In this document: positions 56,305 to 64,000 of the stretch, one piece after another
Numbering within the stretch: position 1 is the stretch's first letter
Layout: each line of letters starts with the position of its first letter
Origin: Verrucomicrobiia bacterium
Lineage (GTDB): Bacteria > Zixibacteria > MSB-5A5 > DSPP01
Direction of reading: 5' to 3'
Assembly (NCBI GenBank): GCA_035574275.1
Contig: DATLYY010000064.1
Location: 6,516-70,515 of the forward strand
Length of the DNA stretch: 64,000 nucleotides
The notes under the pieces: generated by a model
Databases searched by the model: none
The model's input: only the letters and a program-made list of their open reading frames with translations
What the model was told of the DNA's origin: nothing
Made by a program: the position numbers and the translations under genes

Positions 56305-57477
56305 ATGCGCAAAGAAAACGGCAAGAATTTCTTTTTCACTTCCGAATCGGTCACAGAAGGACACCCGGACAAGGTGTGCGACCAGATTTCAGACGCCATT
56401 CTGGACGAAATTTTAAAGCGGGATAAACGGGCGCGGGTGGCCTGCGAGACCTTCATCACCGTGGGGCTGGTCATTGTCGGCGGAGAAATCACCACCCATA
56501 CCTACATAGATATTCCCCGGCTGGTGCGGGATTTGATCCGGGATATCGGGTACATACACTCCAAGTACGGGTTTAACTACACCACCTGCGCCATTTTGAA
56601 CGCAATCGGGCGACAGTCACCAGACATATCGCAGGGGGTGGACATCGGCGGCGCGGGGGATCAAGGGATGATGATCGGCTATGCCTGCCGCGATACCGAG
56701 GAATTGATGCCGTTGCCGATTCAGCTTTCCCACGAACTGACCCAAAGACTTTCGGCCGTCCGTAAGAAGAAGATTTTGCCCTATCTGGGGCCGGACGGGA
56801 AATCGCAGGTGACTATCGAGTACCGGGACGGCGCGCCGTACCGCGTGGACACGGTGGTCATCTCTTCACAGCATACCGAGGAGATTCTGGATAAAAGCGG
56901 GAGGAAAATCACTAACAAAGCCAAGGAAGAAATTATAGAAAAGGTCGTTCTTCCCGTTATTTCGAAAAGGTATTTGGACTCCAAAACCCGCTATCTGGTC
57001 AATCCCACCGGCAAGTTCGTGGTCGGCGGGCCGCAGTCAGACACCGGAATGACCGGGCGTAAAATCATCGTGGACACCTACGGCGGCTGGGCGGCGCATG
57101 GGGGGGGTGCTTTTTCCGGCAAGGATCCCACAAAAGTCGATCGGTCGGCCTGTTACCAGGCGCGGCACATCGCCAAAAACATCGTGGCCTCCGGCCTAGC
57201 GGACGAATGCACGGTGCAACTGGCGTATGCCATCGGGGTGGCGGAGCCGGTTTCCGTAATGATTGAAACCAACGGCACGGGACGGGTGCCAGATATCCGG
57301 TTGACCCAGCTCGTGCGCAAGCTTTTTCCGCTCAAACCGCGGGGAATTATCGATTATCTGAAGCTCTTGCGGCCGATTTATTTAAAAACGGCCGCCTATG
57401 GCCATTTCGGTCGGAACGAAGTGGAGTTCACTTGGGAGAAAACAAACCGCGCAAGCGAGCTTGCACGGCTGGCATAA
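56305..57477 (+). CDS. metK: S-adenosylmethionine synthetase
   Basis: Contains [32 protein letters not shown] and [16 protein letters not shown]. Confidence 0.95.
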   Translation: MRKENGKNFFFTSESVTEGHPDKVCDQISDAILDEILKRDKRARVACETFITVGLVIVGGEITTHTYIDIPRLVRDLIRDIGYIHSKYGFNYTTCAILNAIGRQSPDISQGVDIGGAGDQGMMIGYACRDTEELMPLPIQLSHELTQRLSAVRKKKILPYLGPDGKSQVTIEYRDGAPYRVDTVVISSQHTEEILDKSGRKITNKAKEEIIEKVVLPVISKRYLDSKTRYLVNPTGKFVVGGPQSDTGMTGRKIIVDTYGGWAAHGGGAFSGKDPTKVDRSACYQARHIAKNIVASGLADECTVQLAYAIGVAEPVSVMIETNGTGRVPDIRLTQLVRKLFPLKPRGIIDYLKLLRPIYLKTAAYGHFGRNEVEFTWEKTNRASELARLA

Positions 57478-57500
57478 TCGCCACCTTATTTGGAGAATAA

Positions 57501-58763
<1,263 letters not shown>

Positions 58764-58932
58764 TTTCAGATTTTGCCCGCTCTGCTCTTCGTTTTTTTCT
58801 GATGTCAAAAAGCTGACACTTTGTGTCAGAATTTAGACATTGACCGCTTGGAACTTTTTTCCTTCCATTGTCGTTTTCCTTGCTGAACGGGAAAAGTACA
58901 GTTGTGCAGCTTTCTCCCGATTTTTACTTCTA

Positions 58933-59011
58933 AGCTCTCCCGGCGGACCGTCGAAGGAGGCGTCGAGCCGGCCGCGAGGCCGGGCGCGCCAGTCCCCGGG
59001 GGAGCTTTTTT
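58933..59011 (+). terminator. Large terminator-like structure: 11-bp outer stem (AGCUCUCCCGG/CCGGGGGAGCU) enclosing a GC-rich inner hairpin, then U6
   Basis: The outer arms are at 58933-58943 and 58996-59006. The inner hairpin is GCCGGCC-gcga-GGCCGGGC. The T-tract runs to 59011. Confidence 0.5.
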
Positions 59012-59089
59012 AGCTTGACAAGTTTAATTAATGCGGATTAATTCTTTCCATTAAGTGGAATTAATTGCAAGAAACAGAAGGATGGAAGG

Positions 59090-60346
59090 GTGTTCGGAAA
59101 ACGCTTTGGGTTTTTGACCGGGCTTTTATACGGCTTTCTTTTGGCCTGCGGGGGGGCTTCCATTTTGGGCGGACTTTCCGGCTGTCAAAAACTTCTCACG
59201 GAAGCCCCCAAGCCGGAGGAGAGCCTGGACGCCCCCATCGACGGGCTCACCCCGGAGCAGGCCAAGATTTTCGCCCGGGGGGATGAGGCGTTTGGGGAGG
59301 TGTTCACCTTTGAGACCGGGCTGGGGCCGCTTTTCAACAACACCGCTTGCGAGCGCTGCCACGTCGGCGACGGCCGGGGGCACCCTTCCGTCAATCTGAA
59401 GCGCTTCGGCAAGAACTTGGGGGGCGGGCAGTTTGACGTTTTGGCCCAGTACGGCGGGCCGCAGCTTCAAGAAAGGAGCCTACCGGGGTATCCGGCGGAA
59501 AAAATTCCGCCCGAAGCGAACGCCGTTTCCGAACGAGGGGGGCCCTTGGTGGTGGGGCTGGGTTTGATTGAAGCGATACCGGACGCCACCATTCTGGCCA
59601 ACGTCGATTCGCTGGATGCCGACGGGGACGGGATTTCCGGGCGGCCGCAATTTCTCGACCCGCCGGAGTTTTTGAACCTGCCACCGGGGCCGTACAACGG
59701 GAAATATCTGGGTCGTTTTGGGCGCAAGGCCGGGGCCATCAATTTGCTGCAGCAGACCGTCAACGCCTACCATCAGGACATCGGCATCACCTCCGATTTC
59801 CGCCCGGAGGAGAATTTCAACCCGCTGGCGGGCGGCACGGGGGGCGATCCAGTGCCAGACCCGGAACTTACGGCGGGCACCATCAACGACGTCGTGTTTT
59901 ATTTGCAAACCCTGCGACCCCCTTTGCGACGCAATCCCGCCGACCCTCCGGTGAAACGGGGGGATTCCCTTTTTTCCGCCATCCTCTGCGGCCGTTGCCA
60001 TACTCCGGCCCTCGTCACCGGGCCGCATCCAATTGCCGCTTTGAGCAACAAGACAGCCAATCTGTATTCCGATTTGCTTCTGCACGATATGGGGCCGGAC
60101 TTGGCGGATAATTTTATCGAAGGGGAGGCCTCCGGCACCGAATGGCGCACCACGCCGCTCTGGGGGCTCGGCATCCTCGAGACGGTTTTAGGAGGGAAGC
60201 CGTTTTTTTTGCACGACGGGCGGACTTCCGATTTGCGGGATGTCATCAGCTTTCACAAAGGGGAGGCGGATTCGAGCCGAAAACTTTTTTTTCAGCTTTC
60301 GCCCGCCGACCAGGAGGCGCTTTTGAAATTCCTGAAATCGCTATGA
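59090..60346 (+). CDS. Di-haem c-type oxidoreductase/peroxidase-like lipoprotein (DUF1111 family)
   Basis: The lipobox is LLACGG. There are two CxxCH haem motifs (CERCH and CGRCH). GPLFN...GDGRG and LHDGRT segments are typical of the family. Confidence 0.7.
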   Translation: MFGKRFGFLTGLLYGFLLACGGASILGGLSGCQKLLTEAPKPEESLDAPIDGLTPEQAKIFARGDEAFGEVFTFETGLGPLFNNTACERCHVGDGRGHPSVNLKRFGKNLGGGQFDVLAQYGGPQLQERSLPGYPAEKIPPEANAVSERGGPLVVGLGLIEAIPDATILANVDSLDADGDGISGRPQFLDPPEFLNLPPGPYNGKYLGRFGRKAGAINLLQQTVNAYHQDIGITSDFRPEENFNPLAGGTGGDPVPDPELTAGTINDVVFYLQTLRPPLRRNPADPPVKRGDSLFSAILCGRCHTPALVTGPHPIAALSNKTANLYSDLLLHDMGPDLADNFIEGEASGTEWRTTPLWGLGILETVLGGKPFFLHDGRTSDLRDVISFHKGEADSSRKLFFQLSPADQEALLKFLKSL

Positions 60347-60789
60347 TGACCCGGAAAGAGTTTTTGCAGAGCGCCGCGACCGCTTTGGCTGCCGCCAGCA
60401 TTTTTCCAATGTCCGCCTTGCTTGCGGGATGCGCCGTTAATTCACAAACCCTGCGGGTTTCCACAAAAGAAAATCGAGTCCGGTTGACACTTTCCGAACT
60501 GCCGAAACTTTCCGAGCCCGGGGGATACATCAAGCTATATCCCCTCGGCTTTGCCCATCCGATAGTTCTTTTTCAGGATGGAACGGGTGAGCTTTTTGCG
60601 GTTTCCACCACCTGCACGCATGCCGGATGCGAAGTGCGCAAAACCAAATCCAAATTCGAATGTCCCTGCCACGGCTCGCAGTACGATTTGAGCGGAAAAG
60701 TAATTCGCGGGCCGGCGCCGGCGGCCTTGACCCGTTTTCCGGTGAAAAAAGAGGGGGGGGTTATGGAAATCATTTTGAAGGAAGGATGA
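60343..60789 (+). CDS. Rieske [2Fe-2S] lipoprotein, possibly Tat-exported
   Basis: [10 protein letters not shown]...LLAGC is a Tat-like RK motif plus a lipobox. The Rieske boxes are CTHAGCEV and [11 protein letters not shown] 60343 overlaps the upstream stop (ATGA). Confidence 0.8.
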   Translation: MMTRKEFLQSAATALAAASIFPMSALLAGCAVNSQTLRVSTKENRVRLTLSELPKLSEPGGYIKLYPLGFAHPIVLFQDGTGELFAVSTTCTHAGCEVRKTKSKFECPCHGSQYDLSGKVIRGPAPAALTRFPVKKEGGVMEIILKEG

Positions 60790-61958
60790 TGAAAGTTTTG
60801 GCTGCGATTGGCATCCTTGGGCTTGCGTTCACTTTTCCCGTTTTCTCTCAAGATGTGCCGGATACGGCTCAAAAGCCGTTCGTCAAAGGGGGGATTTATG
60901 ACAAACCATATCTGATACGCCCTTCTGGCCGGCTGGCGGTCGGCGGATATGCCGAAATGCTCGTCCGTTCCGATTATGAAGCGGGTATCCACGAAGGATA
61001 CTCCTTCGAGGCGCGGCGTTTCAACATCTTTCTTTTCTCCTCAGTTTCCGATTTGATAAAGCTTACCTCTGAGCTGGAGTTCGAGCACGGCACGGAGGAA
61101 ATCAAGCTGGAGATGGCGCTTGTAGATTTGCAGTTTCGGGAGGAGTTCAATCTTCGCGGAGGAATCTTGCTTTCTCCCGTGGGCAAGTTCAATCTGGCCC
61201 ACGACAGCCCGAGAAACGAGTTTGTTGACCGGCCTTTAGTTTCCACCCGCGTTATTCCGGCCACCCTGTCGGAAGCAGGGCTGGGGTTCTACGGCTCTTT
61301 TTATCCCTCTGGTGAAAACCGGGTAACCTATGAAAGCTATCTGGTCAACGGGCTGACGGACGGTATTTTGTTGGCCGGAGATGGAACATCCCTTCCGGAT
61401 GGCCGCCCGGAAGCGTTTGAAGAGGACAACAACGGCAGCCCGGCTTTTGTGGGACGGCTGGCCTTCAGTCCGCACTTCGGCGGCGAGTTGGGGTTTTCGA
61501 TTCACTCCGGCCGCTATAACACCTACAAACTTGAGGGCGTGGAGGTGGACGAACCGCGCACAGCCACGCTTCTGGCCCTCGATGCCGAATACGAAATCGG
61601 CCGTTTATCCCTGCAGGGGGAACTGGCACGGGTTTCGATTGCAATACCGCCTTCCCTGGTCGGGCTTTTTGCCGAAAAGCAGTGGGGGTTTTATGGGCAG
61701 GCGCTATACAATCTTTTTGATGGTATTCTACCGATGTTCCCGCAATCGGTTCTGGCCGTCGGGAGCCGGTACGACTACATCGATTTCGATGCGGACATCG
61801 AAGGGGCGGATTTGCACCGGGTAACTTTGGGTGTCAATCTGCGCCCTGTGCCGGAAACAGTTTTACGATTTAATTACCTGCACAACTGGGAATTCGACCG
61901 CATCAACAACGAAACCCGTTCGGCGGCCCTGCAGTTCGGGATTGCCACTTATTTTTAA
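60786..61958 (+). CDS. Outer-membrane beta-barrel protein (hypothetical)
   Basis: The signal peptide is [22 protein letters not shown]. The sequence shows an alternating strand pattern and a C-terminal GIATYF. ATG 60786 overlaps the Rieske stop. Confidence 0.65.
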   Translation: MMKVLAAIGILGLAFTFPVFSQDVPDTAQKPFVKGGIYDKPYLIRPSGRLAVGGYAEMLVRSDYEAGIHEGYSFEARRFNIFLFSSVSDLIKLTSELEFEHGTEEIKLEMALVDLQFREEFNLRGGILLSPVGKFNLAHDSPRNEFVDRPLVSTRVIPATLSEAGLGFYGSFYPSGENRVTYESYLVNGLTDGILLAGDGTSLPDGRPEAFEEDNNGSPAFVGRLAFSPHFGGELGFSIHSGRYNTYKLEGVEVDEPRTATLLALDAEYEIGRLSLQGELARVSIAIPPSLVGLFAEKQWGFYGQALYNLFDGILPMFPQSVLAVGSRYDYIDFDADIEGADLHRVTLGVNLRPVPETVLRFNYLHNWEFDRINNETRSAALQFGIATYF

Positions 61959-62092
61959 TTACTCCCTTTGGAACCAGCTCCGCCATAGTTTCTGTGTCCT
62001 GGCAGGCTTGAGGTGTTTGATTTCGGTTCAGCATGGATTTCTGCATCCGCAGGTCGAGTTTTCCGTATAAGAGAGAAGGTGGGTGGTTCCCC

Positions 62093-62188
62093 GCCGGCAT
62101 CACCGATTGGCGCTACCAAGCGCGGCCGGGCAGTTCCCCAAACTCGAGCGTCTGCCCGGTGGAGGGAGGATGCCGGCTTTTATTTTAT
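62093..62188 (+). other. Structured intergenic element: 9-bp closing stem enclosing two hairpins, followed by a U-tract
   Basis: GCCGGCATC (62093-62101) pairs with GATGCCGGC (62169-77). The inner hairpins are GCGCT-acca-AGCGC (62110-23) and CCGGGCAG-N18-CTGCCCGG (62126-59). TTTTATTTTAT follows. Confidence 0.35.
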
Positions 62189-62198
62189 CCGTTTTCTC

Positions 62199-62221
62199 GG
62201 AGCTGGGGCTCCGGGCTACCC
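62199..62221 (+). repeat. GC-rich hairpin motif, copy 2 (GGAGCTGGGGCTCCGGGCTACCC)
   Basis: 21 of 23 nt are identical to 32541-32563. Confidence 0.5.
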
Positions 62222-62267
62222 ATAAAAGTGGCACTGAAGTGCCGCCTACGATGAGCGCCGGTAAGTA

Positions 62268-62289
62268 AGGGCGTATGGCAATACGCCCT
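62268..62289. repeat. REP-like palindrome, copy 3 (AGGGCGTAT-ggca-ATACGCCCT)
   Basis: A 9-bp stem that overlaps the stop of the DUF488 gene, in a convergent gap. Confidence 0.6.
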
Positions 62290-62629
62290 ACAAATCCTTT
62301 ATCAAGTCCTTCAAAATCGAGCGATGGCAAGTGGCTTCATCCCGGCAGGCGCAGAGGAGGGTGACTGTTTTTGTTTTGGCCAACATTCCGATTTCTGTCA
62401 AAAGCTCTTTTTGTCGGATCATCCCTTTTTTATACTCTTTTTTGAGGGCCGGCCATTCGATTTTGCCGGCTTTGTACTTCCGAATTAACTCAATCGGAGT
62501 GCCCAAAGATTTCTCCCAGCGGTCAAAACCTCCCTTTTTAAAACCGCGGGGCCAGAGCGTCATCACCAGAATCCGAACACCGTCCGATTTTTCAACCGGG
62601 TCGTAAATCGATTTGGTCAAAAGCGGCAT
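62288..62629 (-). CDS. DUF488 family protein
   Basis: MPLLTKSIYDPVEKSDGVRILVMTLWPRG...TLLCACRDEATCHRSIL is the typical DUF488 pattern. I chose ATG 62629. Confidence 0.7.
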   Translation of the reverse strand: MPLLTKSIYDPVEKSDGVRILVMTLWPRGFKKGGFDRWEKSLGTPIELIRKYKAGKIEWPALKKEYKKGMIRQKELLTEIGMLAKTKTVTLLCACRDEATCHRSILKDLIKDL

Positions 62630-62741
62630 CGCTACAATTCTCTTTCCAGACGCGAATATAAGCAAAAACCGGCATTCGAATCGGATGGAACAATTGGGCA
62701 ATAATTGACAACCATCTGCCGATAAACTACCTTGAGGGGAA

Positions 62742-64000
62742 ATGACAAGAGTTTTAATAGACGGAAAATACGAACTTATCCGCAAGCTTAAAGAAGGCGG
62801 CTTCGGCATCGTTTATTATGGCTGGGATTTGACTTTGGACAAACCGGTCGCCATCAAGGAAATCGCCCCATCTTTGGTCGGCGACCAGCAGTATATGGAC
62901 ATGTTCACCGACGAAGCGATGAACACCGCCAAACTGGCCCACTCCAACATTATCCAAGTCTTGGACTTGCGCAAAACGGACGAGGGGCGGGTCTTTTTGA
63001 TCATGGAATACATCGAGGGAATCGATTTGCGTTCGGCTCTCGAACGCTGCGAACGGGACCAGGTCTTTTTCCCGCGGGATTTGGGGGTGCATATCATTGC
63101 CGAGGTGTGCAAGGCATTGGATTACGCCCACCAGGCCAAGGACCGCCGCACGGGGCATCCCTTGAACATCATCCACCGGGACATTTCCCCCTCCAACGTC
63201 ATGATGTCGGTCTCCGGCGACGTTAAGCTCATCGACTTCGGCATCGCCAAGGCCCGCCAGCGGGTGGCCAAGGAGACCCGCACCGGAATCTTGAAAGGGA
63301 AAGTCAACTACATGTCCCCGGAGCAACTCGAAGGAAAGAAAATCGACGCCCGTTCGGACCTCTTCAGCCTGGGGATTGCACTCTATGAGGTTTTGACCAC
63401 CCGCCAGCTCTTTTCAGGAGAATCCGACTATTCCGTGATGAAAAATATTGTCTCCGCCCGCGTGGATACCGAACCGCTGCTGGAAAAGAACGTCCCGGTC
63501 CCCTTGCAACGGGTGGTCATGAAGGCATTGAAAAAGGACCCCCTGGAGCGTTACCAGTCGGCCGGAGAGATGTACGTCGACTTGTACAACTACCAGCGCA
63601 CCTCCCCGTTGGAATCGCCGCAGGCGGAGCTTGGCCGCTTCGTCAATTCCCTTTTGATGCTGCGCCCGGAGGAGCGGCCCCCCAAGGAAGACACCACGGA
63701 TACGCTCAAGCGGATTGCCGACAAATCCAAGGAGATTATCGCCACTAAAGAAGTTCAATTCCACGGCGTGAAAGATGTAGAGGAGGTGTCGGTCAAGGAC
63801 GTGGTGCAGGCGGCCGCAAGCGTTGATCCGGCTGCCTCGGCCATTGAAGTCAAGACCCAAGCCAAAAAACCTCCGGCGGAGGCGCCAACGATGCTCAAAG
63901 CCGCACCGGTTCCCCGTCCCATGAAGAAACCCCCGGAGGTGGCCGGGAAAAAGAAAAGCCCGATTCTTCCCATCGGCATCGCCGCCGGCGTCCTTCTGGC
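62742..64000 (+). CDS. Ser/Thr protein kinase, 5' part (runs off the window end)
   Basis: Hand translation from ATG 62742 (GAGGGGA upstream) gives MTRVLIDGKYELIRKLKEGGFGIVYYGWD...VAIKEI...IIHRDISPSNVMM...DFGIAKA...YMSPEQ. It is absent from the track because it is open at the window edge. Confidence 0.85.
   Translation, partial: MTRVLIDGKYELIRKLKEGGFGIVYYGWDLTLDKPVAIKEIAPSLVGDQQYMDMFTDEAMNTAKLAHSNIIQVLDLRKTDEGRVFLIMEYIEGIDLRSALERCERDQVFFPRDLGVHIIAEVCKALDYAHQAKDRRTGHPLNIIHRDISPSNVMMSVSGDVKLIDFGIAKARQRVAKETRTGILKGKVNYMSPEQLEGKKIDARSDLFSLGIALYEVLTTRQLFSGESDYSVMKNIVSARVDTEPLLEKNVPVPLQRVVMKALKKDPLERYQSAGEMYVDLYNYQRTSPLESPQAELGRFVNSLLMLRPEERPPKEDTTDTLKRIADKSKEIIATKEVQFHGVKDVEEVSVKDVVQAAASVDPAASAIEVKTQAKKPPAEAPTMLKAAPVPRPMKKPPEVAGKKKSPILPIGIAAGVLL

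Noticed and set aside
62107-62125. A tRNA D-arm-like segment (GCGC-TTGGTA-GCGC on the minus strand).
   Set aside because: There is no matching acceptor stem, anticodon arm or T-loop (GTTCRANYC) nearby, so it is not a tRNA.

Overview
This is a chromosomal window from a diderm bacterium. G+C is roughly 58-62%, judged by eye and by a few hand-counted lines. The gene content includes a 1599-aa surface protein with a T9SS-type C-terminal sorting domain, a PorV-like barrel, many TPR lipoproteins, MIGQTISHYK-type Ser/Thr kinases and an SBBP-repeat protein. That suggests an uncultivated FCB-superphylum-like lineage, but this is inference only. About 55 protein genes can be supported. Housekeeping genes are uvrA (5' fragment at the window edge), recO, an ftsB-like gene, eno, pcm, rpmE-DUF1385-prfA-prmC, aspA, a D-Cys-desulfhydrase-family PLP enzyme, cobB, lysA, an extended feoAB locus, mlaEFD, tdh-kbl, a TonB-dependent receptor and metK-ahcY. 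I found no rRNA, tRNA, CRISPR array, transposase or integrase. The points most worth a second look follow. (1) An AT-rich two-gene island at about 330-2560 next to uvrA encodes a single-chain tandem PC4-like ssDNA-binding protein, translationally coupled to a MORC-like GHKL ATPase. I do not recognise this pairing from any described defence or repair system. (2) An ORF-free 600-nt gap holds a minus-strand candidate structured sRNA (32641-32879). It has its own sigma70-like promoter, a long rod-like fold and an intrinsic terminator, and may be 6S-like. (3) A chain of translationally coupled genes (18635-29000) links an MscS channel, a giant T9SS-type surface protein, a PorV-like barrel fused to TPRs, a membrane RsbW-kinase/HAMP/PP2C-phosphatase fusion and a STAS protein. 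TPR and unknown proteins follow, then two Roadblock/LC7-like proteins with no GTPase partner in sight. (4) There are two small families of intergenic palindromes and several other structured intergenic elements. All functional calls come from motif recognition by eye; no search tools were run.
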